DNA from: Haplodiscus bocki
Taxonomy: Eukaryota
Direction: 5' to 3'
NCBI GenBank assembly: GCA_965655095.1
Contig: OZ296656.1
Coordinates: 14,322,001-14,386,000 of the forward strand
DNA length: 64,000 nucleotides
Under the pieces are notes generated by a model. That model was not told where the DNA came from, ran no database searches, and saw nothing but the letters and a program-made list of their open reading frames with translations. The translations under genes and the position numbers were made by a program. Shown one piece after another: positions 23,101-38,100 of the stretch (positions within the stretch are counted from its first letter, which is position 1; each line of letters begins with the position of its first letter).

Positions 23101-26100
23101 AAAAAGCCGAACTGCAGGATTTGTTTCCGAAAAAATCAGACCTTCAAAAGATATGACGAGTCCACATTCACTAATCTGATCTTCACAATCTCCATTGTTG
23201 TGTCTCAACATTATGCTATAAGAAAGAAAGTATCAGAGTGATTCTCTATCCAAGAAGAAAGAGAGGAAAGAAAGACGAGTTCAGAAGAGAATAGATCGAC
23301 GTTGAATTTATAATGAAAAATTCCAGGAACAAATTTTTACGGAGAACAGTTATATATGTGATTCATTTGTTCAATAAGCACGGTTACAATAACCCCAAAT
23401 AATTAAGATTTCTTTACTGGAAGTTGAAAAAGAAAAAAATAAATAGGAAGTGAAAGTGTTCGGGTACAAATTTTGGTCACCTAAGCTCCTAGTTTACCTT
23501 CAAATAAATTCTAAAGCACCAAGTTCGACTGCCTGTATCGCGTTACACTAATTGCTCAATCTTAGAAAAGGCGCTTTTTATTAATCCAAAACTTAACCTA
23601 AAACTGAAACTAAGCTCGAAATGTTTCGATGACAAACGAAAGCTTCAAAAACTTAAATTTCTGTTTACTACACAAAAAGATTAGCACAACTTGTTTATTC
23701 GCTTTTTAAGCTTCGTTTAAGAAATCCACGAGATGACAAAGGAAGTTGAATTTCCTTGTCTCACAAGTTGGAAGGGACATTGCAACACCCGAGGGCAAAG
23801 ACAAATTCATCTTCCAAGAATGACAAGTGATCGGGACAAATTTGTCGATGAAACGGAATTGGTAAAGGTAAATATTATATGCTGGCCGTCGCTACAGTAG
23901 AGTGATTAAATTGATGGGAACCTCGAGTTTTTCAGTTGGAGTTGCACAATTTCACTATTAAATTTCACAACAACGAAAAATTATATTTTGCCATGCTTAG
24001 CGGGTTTTTTCCATTGGCTACATGACCTGCATGCACGATCACGTCACCTAGACTCGTAACCAAATGGGGCATAAACACCCAGTGCAAATCCGTAAAGTTT
24101 AGTTGATCGCTCCTGCTCACTTGCGTACTTAACCGATGTTAAACTCTTTTCCTCTCAGTTCTCACTTCAATTTTTGAAAAATCTTCTCTGATTTTAGGCG
24201 AGTTAAAATCACCCATTTCAAATTTACCTCACTTCAGAATTATTCTAAGACATTTCCGAAAATTGTTTTGGCCGCAATTTAACAATACTGCTTCTGAATT
24301 ATCTTAAAAGTTTTCCGAAACTTGTCTTAGCCATAATTCAACCTGGTAAGACGAACTGTATATGGGAATACTTAAATTGCAAGTCACTTGTATTCGGAGC
24401 GCATAGGAAGGACCTTAAGCGAGGCCTGAAGATTTTAAGGGAACCTTTGGAGGAATTACTAAGATCAACCAGTCACACTATAGCACGATTCAAAATTTTG
24501 GTAGAAACAAGCACACAAAAAGGCATTTTTGAACAGCATCCGAATATATAAACAATGAAGCAAAAGTTTACCAAGGAAAGTTCCCCAGAAGATTTTTGAT
24601 ATGCGATTGGTTTTTTTGAGACGCAATATGAATGAGTAAACTTTGATTTTAGTAGAGATTATTCCTTAAGACCAATTCTGCATTATTAACAAGTGAATTG
24701 CACCGTAGGTTACCGGGAAGAAGCTGTGTTTAAAGTTCAAAGTCCTCAAAAAATCTCATCTTTTGTTCTCAAATTAACCCAATATGTCGAAATACTTCGG
24801 AACCTTCTTGCCTCAAATGTCAATCATCGGAATTTACGACAGTTATTTCAAAAAACAAAATGAGCAATACATAAGTACATTCAAGAAATGCTAGACAAAT
24901 TTGACACTCTGAACCTAAACTGATCATTTTGATAATTTGGTGTGAACTGCAGGTGTCGATTCTGATGACTGTCAAGCTCAATAGGATGGTTTGAAAGAAG
25001 TTCTCGTTGATTATTCACCGGAGATAACTATCGCGGAAGCTTCAAATTTCGAACAAGTATCACTTTTTGGGTCAATCGAAAAAGCAAACAAACATTGACG
25101 GGTCTTGCATGCTATTTTTGTTAACAAAATTGGGTGAAGCACCGAATAAAAAAGCCAAACTGCAGGATTTTTTCCCGAAAAAATCAGAATTTCAAAAGAT
25201 GTGACGATTCCACATTCACTAATCTGATCTACACAATCTCCGTTGTTGTGTCTCAACCTTATACTATAGGAAAGAAAGTATCAGAGTGATTCTCTATCCA
25301 AAAAGAAAGAGAGGAAAGAAAGACGAGTTCAGAAGAGAAAAGATCCACGTTGAAGTTATGAAAAAATTCCAGGTACAAAGGTTTACGGAGAACAGTTATA
25401 TATGTGATTCATTTGTTCAATATGCACGGTTACAATAACCCCAAACAATTAAGATTTCTTTCCTGTAAGTTGAAAAAGAAAGAAATAAACAGGAAGTGAA
25501 ATTGTTCTGGTACAAGTTTTGTTCACCTAAGCTCCTAGATTACCTTTAAATAAATTCTAAAGCACCAAGATCGACTGCCTGTATCGCGTTACAGTAAATG
25601 CTCAATTTTAGAAAAGGCGCTTTTTATTAATACAAAAATTAACCTAAAACTGAAACTAAGCTCGAAATGTTTCGATGACAAACGAAAGCCCGGAAAAATT
25701 AAAAAGCGCAGTTTACTACTCGAAAAGATTAGCACAACTTGTTTATTTGCTATTTAAGCTTCATTTAAGAGATCCACGAGATGACAAAGGAAGTTGAATT
25801 TCCTTGTCTCACAAGTTGGAAGGGACATTGCAACACCCCAGGGCAAAGACAAATTCATCTTCCAAAAATGACGAGTGATCGGGACAAATTTGTCGATGAA
25901 ACGGAAATGGTAAAGATATTTAATAAATGCTGGCCGTCGCTACAGTGGAGTGATTAAATTGATGGAAAGCTCGAATTTTTCAGTTGGAGTTGCACAATTT
26001 CACTATTAAAGTTTACAACAACCAAAAAAATATATTTCGCCTGGCTTGGCGGGTTTTTCCCATTGGCTACAAGACATGCATGCTCGATCATTTGACCTAA

Positions 26101-29100
26101 ACACGTAACCAAAAGGGGCATAAATACCCAATGCGCAGCCATAAAGTTTAGTTGATCGCTCCTGCTCACTTGCGTACTTAACCGATGTTTAACTCTCTTC
26201 CACTCAGTTCTCACTTCAATTTTTGAATTTTCTTCTCTGTTTTTAGGCGAGTTAAAATTACCCATTTCAAATTTACCTCACTTCAGAATTATTCTAAGAC
26301 CTTTCCGAAAATTGTCTTGTCCGCAATTCAACAATACTGCTTCTGAATTAACTTAAGACTTTTCCGAAACTTGTCTTAGCCATAATTCAACCTGGTAGGA
26401 CGAAGTGTACATGGGAATACTTAAATTTCAATTCACTTGTATTCGGAGCGCATAGGAAGGACCTTAAGCGGGGCCTGAAGATTTTAAGGGAACCTTTGGA
26501 GGAATTACTAAGATCAACCAGTCACACTCTAGCACGATTCGAAATTTTGGAAGAAACAAGCACTTAAAAATGGATTTTTGAACAGCATCCCAATATGTAA
26601 TCATTGAAGCAAAAGTTTACCAAGGAAAGTTCCTCAGACGATTTTTGTTATGCGATTGGTTTTTTTGAGACGCAATTTGGATTAGTTGACTTTGATTGTA
26701 GTTGAGATTATTCCTTAAAACCAATTCTGTAATACTAACAAGTGAATAGCACCGTAGGTTACCGGGAGGAAGCTAGGTTTAAAGTTCAACGTCCTCAAAA
26801 AACCTCATCTTTTGTGCTCATAAAAACCCAAGATGTCGAAATACTTCAGAACCTTCTTGCCTCACCTGTCAAGCATCCGAAACTACGAGAGTTATTTCGA
26901 ACACCAGAATGAGCAATACATAAGTACGTTAAAAAAATGCTAGACAATTTTGACACCCTGAACCTAAACTGATCATTTTCATAATTTGGTGTGAACTGCA
27001 GGTGTAAATTCTGATGACTGTCGCGCTAAATAGGATGGTTTGAAAGAAGTTCTCCTTGAATATTAACCGGATATAATTATCGCGGGAGCTTCAAATTTTG
27101 AACAAGTATCTTTTTTTGGGTCAATCGAAAAAGCAAACAAATGTACCCGGGTCTTGCATGCTATTTTTGTTAACAAAATTGAGTGAACCCCCGAAAAAAA
27201 AAGCCGAACTGATGGATTTTTTCCCGAAAAAATCAGAATTTCAAAAGATGTGACGAGTCCACATTCACTTATCTGATCTACACAGTCTCCGTTGTTGCGT
27301 CTCAACCTTATGCTATAGGAAAGAAAGTATCAGAGTGATTCTCTATCCAAAAAGAAAGAGAGGAAAGAAAGACGAGTTCAGAAAAGAAAAGATCCACGTT
27401 GAAGGTATGAAAAAATTCCAGGAACAAATATTTACGGAGAACAGTTATATATGTGTTTCATTTGTTCAATATGCACGGTTATAATAACCCCAAACAATTA
27501 AGATTTCTTTACTGTAAATTGAAAAAGAAAGAAATAAACAGGAAGTGAAAGTGTTCTGGTACAACTTTTGGTCACCTAAGCTCCTAGATTACCTTCAAAT
27601 AAATTCTAAAGCACCAAGATCGACTGCCTGTATCGCGTTGCAGTAAATGCTCAATCTTAGAAAAGGCGCTTTTTATTAATCCAAAAATTAACCTAAAACT
27701 GAACCTAAGCTCGAAATGTTTCGATGACAAACGAAAGCTTCGAAAACTTAAATTTCTGTTTACTACACAAAAAGATTAGCTCAACTTGTTTATTTGCTTT
27801 TTAAGCTTCGCTTAAGAAATCCACGAGATGACAAAGGAAGTTGAATTTCCTTGTCTCACAAGTTGGAAGGGACATTGCCACACCCCAGGGCAAAGACAAA
27901 ATCATCTTCCAAAAATGACGAGTGATCGGGACAAAAATGTCGATGAAACGGAAATGGTAAAGGTAGTTATTAAATGCTGGCCGTCGCTACAGTGGAGTGA
28001 TTAAATTGATGGAAAGCTCGAGTTTTTCAGTTGGAGTTGCACAATTTCACTATTAAATTTCACAACAACGAAAAATTATATTTTGCCATGCTTAGCGGGT
28101 TTTTTCCATTGGCTACATGACCTGCATGCACGATCACGTCACCTAGACTCGTAACCAAATGGGGCATAAACACCCAGTGCAAATCCGTAAAGTTTAGTTG
28201 ATCGCTCCTGCTCACTTGCGTACTTAACCGATGTTAAACTCTTTTCCTCTCAGTTCTCACTTCAATTTTTGAAAAATCTTCTCTGATTTTAGGCGAGTTA
28301 AAATCACCCATTTCAAATTTACCTCACTTCAGAATTATTCTAAGACCTTTCCGAAAATTGTCTTGTCCGCAATTCAACAACACTGCTTCTGAATTAACTT
28401 AAGACTTTTCCGAAACTTGTGTTAGCCATAATTCATTTTTTAAGATAAAGTGTACATGGGAATATTTAAATTGCAAGTCACTTGTATTCGGAGCGCATAG
28501 GAAGGACCTTAAGCGAGGCCTGAAGATTTTAAGGGAACCTTTGGAGGAATTACTAAGATCAACCAGTCACACTCTAGCACGATTCGAAATTTTGGAAGAA
28601 ACAAGCACTTAAAAATGGATTTTTGAACAGCATCCCAATATGTAATCATTGAAGCAAAAGTTTACCAAGGAAAGTTCCTCAGACGATTTTTGTTATGCGA
28701 TTGGTTTTTTTGAGACGCAATTTGGATTAGTTGACTTTGATTGTAGTTGAGATTATTCCTTAAAACCAATTCTGTAATACTAACAAGTGAATAGCACCGT
28801 AGGTTACCGGGAGGAAGCTAGGTTTAAAGTTCAACGTCCTCAAAAAACCTCATCTTTTGTGCTCATAAAAACCCAAGATGTCGAAATACTTCAGAACCTT
28901 CTTGCCTCACCTGTCAAGCATCCGAAACTACGAGAGTTATTTCGAACACCAGAATGAGCAATACATAAGTACGTTAAAAAAATGCTAGACAATTTTGACA
29001 CCCTGAACCTAAACTGATCATTTTCATAATTTGGTGTGAACTGCAGGTGTAAATTCTGATGACTGTCGCGCTAAATAGGATGGTTTGAAAGAAGTTCTCC

Positions 29101-32100
29101 TTGAATATTAACCGGATATAATTATCGCGGGAGCTTCAAATTTTGAACAAGTATCTTTTTTTGGGTCAATCGAAAAAGCAAACAAATGTACCCGGGTCTT
29201 GCATGCTATTTTTGTTAACAAAATTGAGTGAACCCCCGAAAAAAAAAGCCGAACTGATGGATTTTTTCCCGAAAAAATCAGAATTTCAAAAGATGTGACG
29301 AGTCCACATTCACTTATCTGATCTACACAGTCTCCGTTGTTGCGTCTCAACCTTATGCTATAGGAAAGAAAGTATCAGAGTGATTCTCTATCCAAAAAGA
29401 AAGAGAGGAAAGAAAGACGAGTTCAGAAAAGAAAAGATCCACGTTGAAGGTATGAAAAAATTCCAGGAACAAATATTTACGGAGAACAGTTATATATGTG
29501 TTTCATTTGTTCAATATGCACGGTTATAATAACCCCAAACAATTAAGATTTCTTTACTGTAAATTGAAAAAGAAAGAAATAAACAGGAAGTGAAAGTGTT
29601 CTGGTACAACTTTTGGTCACCTAAGCTCCTAGATTACCTTCAAATAAATTCTAAAGCACCAAGATCGACTGCCTGTATCGCGTTGCAGTAAATGCTCAAT
29701 CTTAGAAAAGGCGCTTTTTATTAATCCAAAAATTAACCTAAAACTGAACCTAAGCTCGAAATGTTTCGATGACAAACGAAAGCTTCGAAAACTTAAATTT
29801 CTGTTTACTACACAAAAAGATTAGCTCAACTTGTTTATTTGCTTTTTAAGCTTCGCTTAAGAAATCCACGAGATGACAAAGGAAGTTGAATTTCCTTGTC
29901 TCACAAGTTGGAAGGGACATTGCCACACCCCAGGGCAAAGACAAAATCATCTTCCAAAAATGACGAGTGATCGGGACAAAAATGTCGATGAAACGGAAAT
30001 GGTAAAGGTAGTTATTAAATGCTGGCCGTCGCTACAGTGGAGTGATTAAATTGATGGAAAGCTCGAGTTTTTCAGTTGGAGTTGCAAAATTTCACTATTA
30101 AATTTTACAACAACAAAAAAATATATTTCGCCATTTTTAGCGGGGTCTTCCCATTGGCTACATGACATGCATGCTCGATCACTTGACCTAGACACGTAAC
30201 CAAAAGGGGCATAAATGCCCAATGCGCAGCCATAAAGTTTAGTTGATCACTCCTGCTCACTTGCGTACTTAACCGATGTTTAACTCTCTTCCACTCAGTT
30301 CTCACTTCAATTTTTGAAATTTCTTCTTTGTTTTTAGGCGAATTAATATCACCCAATTCAAATTTACCTCACTTCAGATCTATTCTAAGACATTTCCGAA
30401 AATTGTCTTGTCCGTAAATCAACATTACTGCTTCTGAATCAAATTAAGACTTTTCCGAAACTTGTCTTAGCCATAATTCAAACTGGTAAGACGAAGTGTA
30501 CATGGGAATACTTAAATTTCAAGTCACTTATTTTCGGAGCCCATAAGAAGGACCTTAAGCGAGGCCTCAAGATTTTAAGGGAACCTTTGGAGGAATTACT
30601 AAGATCAACCAGTCACACTCTAGCACGATTCGAAATTTTGGAACAAACAAGCACATTAAAATGGATTTTTGAACCGCATCCGAAAATGTAATCATTGAAG
30701 CAAAGGTTTACCAAGGAGAGTTCATCGGAAGATTTTTGACAAAGGATTGGTTTTTTTGAGACCCGATTTGGATGAGTAGACTTTGATTTTAGTAGAGATT
30801 ATTCCTTAAAACCAATTCTGCATTAGTAGCAAGTGAATCGCACCGTCGGTTACCGGGAAGAAGCTGTGTTTAAAGTTCAAAGTCCTCAAAAAATCTCATC
30901 TTTTGTTCTCAAATTAACCCAAAATGTCGAAATACTTCGGAACCTTCTTGCCTCAAATGTCAATCATCCGAATTTACGACAGTTATTCCAAAAAACAAGA
31001 TGAGCAATACATAAGTACATTCAAAAAATGCTAGAAAATTTTGACACTCTGAACCTAAAGTGATCAATTTCATAATTTGGTGTGAACTGCACGTGTCGAT
31101 TCTGTTGACTGTCAAGCTAAGTAGGATGGTTTGAAACAAGTTATCCTTGATTTTTCACGGGAGATAGCTATCGCGGAAGCTTCAAATTTCGAACACGTAT
31201 CATTTTTTTGGGTCGATCGAAAAAACAAAAAAAACATGCCCGGCTCTTGCATGATATTTTTGTTAACAAAATTGGGTGAAGCACCGAATAAAAAAGCCGA
31301 ACTGCAGGATTTTTTCCCGAAAAAATCAGACTTTCAAAAGTTGTGACGAGTCCACATTCACTAATCTGATCTACACAATCTCCGTTGTTGCGTCTCAAGC
31401 TTATGCTATAGGAAAGAAAGTATCAGAGTGATTCTCTATCCAAAAAGAAAGAGAGGAAAGAAAGACGAGTTCAGAAAAGAAAAGATCCACGTTGAAGGTA
31501 TGAAAAAATTCCAGGAACAAATATTTACGGAGAACAGTTATATATGTGTTTCATTTGTTCAATATGCACGGTTATAATAACCCCAAACAATTAAGATTTC
31601 TTTACTGTAAATTGAAAAAGAAAGAAATAAACAGGAAGTGAAAGTGTTCTGGTACAACTTTTGGTCACCTAAGCTCCTAGATTACCTTCAAAAAAATTCT
31701 AAAGCACCAAGATCGACTGCCTTTATCGCGTTACAGTAACTGCTCAATCTTAGAGAAGGCGCTTTTTATTAATACAAAATTTAACCTAAAACTGAAACTA
31801 AGCTCGAAATGTTTCGATGACAAACAAAAGCTTCGAAAACTTAAATTTCTGTTTACTACACAAGAAGAATAGCACAACTTGTTTATTTGCTATTTAAGCT
31901 TCGTTTCAGAAATCCACGAGATGACAAAGGAAGTTGAATTTCCTTGTCTCACAAGATGGAAGGGAGATTGCAACACCCCAGGGCAAAAACAAATTCATCT
32001 TCCGAAAATGACGAGTGATCGGGACAAAATTGTCGATGAAACGGAAATGGTAAAGGTAATTATTAAATGCTGGCCGTCGCTACAGCGGAGTGAAAAAATT

Positions 32101-35100
32101 GATGGAAAGCTCGAGTTTTTCAGTTGGAGTCGCACAATTTCACTAATAAATTTTACAACAACAAAAAAATATCTTTCTCCATGCTTAGCGGGTTTTTCCC
32201 ATTGGCTACATGACATGCATGCTCGATCACTTGACCTAGACACGTAACCAAAAGGGGCATAAATACCCAGTGCGCAGCCATAAAGTTCAGTTGATCGCTC
32301 CTGCTCACTTGCGTACTTAACCGATGTTAAACTCTCCTCCACTCAGTTCTCACTTCAATTTGTGAAATTTCTTCCCTGTTTTTCGGCGTGTTAAAATATC
32401 ACCCATTTCAAAGTTACCTCACTTCAAAATTATTCTAAGACCTTTCCGAAAATTGTCTCGTCCGCAATTCAACAATACTGCTTCTGAATTAACTTAAGAC
32501 TTTTCCGAAACTTGTCTTAGCCATAATTCAACCTGGTAAGACGAAGTGTATATGGGAATACTTAAATTTCAAGTCAATTGTATTCGGAGCGCATAGGAAG
32601 GACCTTAAGCGAGGCCTGAAGATTTTAAGGGAACCTTTGGTGGATTTACTAAGATCAACCAGTCACACACTATAGCACGATTTGAAATTTTGGAAAAAAC
32701 AAGCACAAAAGAAATGGATTTTTGAACAGCATTCGAAGATGAAATCATTGAAGCAACAGTTTACCAAGGAGAGTTCATCGGAAGATTTCTGATATGCGAT
32801 TGGTTTTTCTGTGTTGTAATTTGGAAGAGTGGACATTGATTTTAGTAGAGATTATTCCTTAAGACCAATTCTGCTTTATTAACAAAGGATTATCACCGTA
32901 GGTTACAGGGAAAAAGCTATATTTAAAGTTCAAAGTCCTCAGAAAACCTCATCTTTTGTTCTCAAATTAACCCAAGATGTAGAAGTACTTCACAACCTTC
33001 TTGCCTCACCTGTCAATCATCTGAAATCACGACAGTTGTTTCAAACAAAAAAATTAGCAATACATAAGTACATTCAAAAAAAGCTAGACAATTTTGACAG
33101 TCTGAACCTAAACTGATCGTTTTCATATTTTGGTGTGAACTGCAGTTGTCAATTCTGATGACTGTCAAGCTGAATAGGATGGTTTGAAAGAAGTTCTCCT
33201 TGATTTTTCACCGGAAATAACTATCGCGGAAGCTTCAAATTTTGAACATGTCTCATTTTTTGGGTCAATCGAACAAGCAAACAAACGTGCCCGGGTCTTG
33301 CATGCTATTTTTGTTAACAAAAATGGGTGAAGCACCGAATAAAAGAAGCCCAACTCCAGGATTTTTTCCCGAAAAAATCAGACTTCCGAAAGATGTGACG
33401 AATCCAAGTGCACTATTCCGGTGTTTAAAATCTCGATGTTGTCGTGTCTCAACCTTATGCTTTAAAAAAGAAAGTATTAGAGGATTCTTTATCCAAAAAA
33501 AGGAAGGAAAGAAAGACGAGTTGAGAAGAGAAAAGACCCACGTTGAACTTTTTATGAAAAAATTCAACGAACGAATATTTACGGAAAACGGTTATTTATG
33601 AAATTCATTTGTTAAAAAAGCAAAAATACAATCAAACCCAAAAAATCAAGATTTCTTTACTGGAAGTTAAAAAAGAAAGAAATGAATAAGAAGTGAAAGT
33701 GCTCTGGTATAAGTTTTGGTCACCTAAGCTCCTGGATTACCTTGAAATAAAATCTAAAGCACCAAGATCGACTGACTGTCTCGCGTTACAGTAAAATGCT
33801 CAAGTTTAGAAAAGGCGCTTTTAATTATTCCAAAAACTAACGTAAAACTGAAAGTAAGCTTGAAATGTTTTGATGACAAACGAAAGCCTCGAAAATTTAA
33901 AATTCTCAATTTACTACTCAAAAATATTAGCACAACTTGTTTACTGGCTATTTAAGCTTTGTTTAAGAAAGGAAGTTGAATTTCCTTGTCACACAGGTTG
34001 TAAGGAGCATTGCAAAAACCCAGGGCAAAGACAAATTCATCTTCCAAAAATGACGAGCGATCGGGAAGAAAAATGTCGACGAAGCGGAAATAGTAAAGGT
34101 AATTATTAAATGCTGCCCGTCACTACAGTGGCGTGATTGAATTGATGGAAAGCTCGGGTTTTTCAGTTGGAGTTGCACAATTTCACCATTAAATTTTACA
34201 ACAACAAAAAAATATAATTCCCCTTGCTTAGCGCGGTCTTCCTATTGGCTACATGACCTGCATGCTCGATCACGTCACCTAGACCAGTAACCAAATGGGG
34301 CATAAACACCCAGTGCTAATCCATAAAATTTAGTTGATCGGTCCTGGTCACTTGCCTACTTAACCGATGTTAAACTCTCTTCCAATCAGTTATAACTTCA
34401 GTTTTTGAAATTTCTTCTCTTCTCTCATTTTAGGCGATTTAAAATCACTTATTTCAAATTTACCTCTTTTCAGAATTATTCTAAGACCTTTCCGAAATTT
34501 GTTTTGGCCGCAAATTAACAATACTGCTTCTGAATTATCTTAAGACTTTTCCGAAACTTGTCTTAGCCATTATTCTTTTTTTAAGATAAAGTGTACATGG
34601 GAATATTTAAATTGCAAGTCACTTGTATTCGGAGCACATAGGAAGGACCTTAAGCGAGGCCTGAAGATTTTACGGGAACCTTTAAAGGATTTACTAAAAT
34701 CAACCAGTCACACTATAGCACGATTCAAAATTTTGGAAGAAACAAGCACATTAAAATGGATTTTTGAACAGCATCCGAAGATGTAATCATTGAAGCAAAA
34801 ATTTACCAAGGAGAGTTCATCAGAATATTTTTGATATGCGATTGGTTTGTCTGAGATGCAATTTGGATGAGTGGGCTTTGATTTTAAAAGAGAATATTCC
34901 TTAGGACCAATTCTGCATTATTAACAAGTGAATTGCACCGTAGGTTACCGGGAAGAAGTTATGTCTAAAAATCAAAGTCCTCAAAAAATCTCATCTTTTG
35001 TTCTCAAATTAACCCGAGATGTCGAAATACTTCGGAACCTTCTTGCCTCAAATGTCAATCAACCGAATTTACGACTGTTATTTGAAACAACAAAATGAGC

Positions 35101-38100
35101 AAATTATAAGTAGATTCAAAAAGGCCGCAAATTTTTGACACTCTGAGCTTCTATTGATCAGTTTCATAATTTGATGTGATCTGCAGGTGTCAATTCTGAT
35201 GACTGTCGAGCTAATTAGGATGGTTTGAAAGAAGTTCTCCTTGATTATTCACCGGAGATAACTATCGCGGAAGCTTCAAGTTTTTAACTTGTATCATTTT
35301 TTTGGGTCAGTCGAAAAAGCAATCAAACATGCCCGGGACTTGCATGCTATTTTTTTTATCAAAATTGGGTGAAGCACCGAATAAAATAGCCCAAATGCAG
35401 GATTTTTTTCCCGAAAAAATCAGATTTTCAAAAGTTGTGACAAATCCACGTTCACTAATCTGATCTTCACAGCCTCGATGTTGTCGTGTCTCAACATTAT
35501 GCTATAGGAAAGAAAGTATCAGAGTGATTCTTTATCCAAAAAAAGGAAGGAAAGAAAGACCAGTTCAGAAGAGGAAAGATTCACGTTCACGTTATAATGA
35601 AAAACTTCCACGAACAAATTTTTACGGAAAGCAGTTAAATATGTAATTCACTTGTTCAAGAAGCACGGTTACAATAACCCCAATTTTTTAGGATTTCTTT
35701 ACTGGAAGTTGAAAAGTAAAAAGTAAATAGGAAGTGAAAGTGTTCGGGTACAACTTTTGGTCACCTAAGCTCCTAGATTACCTTCAAATAAATTCTAAAG
35801 CACCAAGATCGACTGCCTGTATCGCGTTGCAGTAAATGCTCAATCTTAGAAAAGGCGCTTTTTATTAATCCATAAATTAACCTAAAACTGAAACTAAGCT
35901 CGAAATGTTTCGATGACAAACGAAAGCTTCGAAAACTTAAATTTCTGTTTACTACACAAAAAGATTAGCACAACTTGTTTATTTGCTTTTTAAGCTTCGC
36001 TTAAGAAATCCACGAGATGACAAAGGAAGTTGAATTTCCTTGTCACACAAGTTGGAAGGGACATTGCAACACCCCAGGGCAAAGACAAAATCATCTTCCA
36101 AAAATGACGAGTGATCGGGACAAAATTGTCGATAAAACGGAAATGGTAAAGGTAGTTATTAAATGCTGGCCGTCGCTACAGTGGAGTGATTAAATTGATG
36201 GAAAGCTCGAGTTTTTCAGTTGGAGTTGCAAAATTTCACTATTAAATTTTACAACAACAAAAAAATATTTTTCGCCATTTTTAGCGGGGTCTTCCCATTG
36301 GCTACATGACATGCATGCTCGATCACTTGACCTAGACACGTAACCAAAAGGGGCATAAATGCCCAATGCGCAGCCATAAAGTTTAGTTGATCGCTCCTGC
36401 TCACTTGCGTACTTAACCGATGTTTAACTCTCTTCCACTCAGTTCTCACTTCAATTTTTGAAATTTCTTCTTTGTTTTTAGGCGAATTAAAATCACCCAA
36501 TTCAAATTTACCTCACCTCAGATCTATTCTAAGACATTTCCGAAAATTGTCTTGTCCGTAATTCAACATTACTGCTTCTGAATCAACTTAAGACTTTTCC
36601 GAAACTTGTCTTAGCCATAATTCAAACTGGTAAGACGAAGTGTACATGGGAATAATTAAATTTCAAGTCACTTATTTTCGGAGCCCATAAGAAGGACCTT
36701 AAGCGAGGCCTCAAGATTTTAAGGGAACCTTTGGAGGAATTACTAAGATCAACCAGTCACACTCTAGCACGATTCGAAATTTTGGAACAAACAAGCACAT
36801 TAAAATGGATTTTTGAACCGCATCCGAAAATGTAATCATTGAAGCAAAGGTTTACCAAGGAGAGTTCATCGGAAGATTTTTGACAAAGGATTGGTTTTTT
36901 TGAGACGCGATTTGGATGAGTAGACTTTGATTTTAGTAGAGATTATTCCTTAAAACCAATTCTGCATTAGTAGCAAGTGAATCGCACCGTCGGTTACCGG
37001 GAAGAAGCTGTGTTTAAAGTTCAAAGTCCTCAAAAAATCTCATCTTTTGTTCTCAAATTAACCCAAAATGTCGAAATACTTCGGAACCTTCTTGCCTCAA
37101 ATGTCAATCATCCGAATTTACGACAGTTATTCCAAAAAACAAGATGAGCAATACATAAGTACATTCAAAAAATGCTAGAAAATTTTGACACTCTGAACCT
37201 AAAGTGATCAATTTCATAATTTGGTGTGAACTGCACGTGTCGACTCTGTTGACTGTCAAGCTAAATAGGATGGTTTGAAACAAGTTCTCCTTGATTTTTC
37301 GCGGGAGATAACTATCGCGGAAGCTTCAAATTTCGAACACGTATCATTTTTTTGGGTCGATCGAAAAAACAAAAAAACATGCCCGGGTCTTGCATGATAT
37401 TTTTGTTAACAAAATTGGGTGAAGAACCGAATAAAAAAGCCGAACTGCAGGATTTTTTCCCGAAAAAATCAGACTTTCAAAAGATGTGACGAGTCCACAT
37501 TCACTAGTCTGATCTACACAATCTCCGTTGTTGTGTCTCACGCTTATGCTATAGGAAAGAAAGTATCAGAGTGATTCTCTATCCAAAAAGCAAGAGAGGA
37601 GAAAAATACGAGTTCAGAAGAGAAAAGATCCACGCTGAAGTTATGAAAAAATTCCACGAACAAATTCTTACGGAAAACAGTTATATAAGTAATTCGTTTG
37701 TTCAATAAGCACGTTTACAATCAAACCCGAACAATTAAGATTTCTTTACTGTAAGTTGGAAAAGAAAGAAATAAACAGGAATTGAAAGTGTTCTGGTACA
37801 ACTTTTGGTCACCTAAGCTCCTAGATTACCTTCAAAAAAATTCTAAAGCACCAAGATCGACTGCCTGTATCGCGTTGCAGTAAATGCTCAATCTTAGAAA
37901 AGGCGCTTTTTATTAATCCAAAAATTAACCTAAAACTGAACCTAAGCTCGAAGTGTTTCGATGACAAACGAAAGCTTCGAAAACTTAAATTTCTGTTTAC
38001 TACACAAAAAGATTAGCACAACTTGTTTATTTGCTTTTTAAGCTTCGCTTAAGAAATCCACGAGATGACAAAAGAATTTCAATTTCCTTGTCACACAAGT

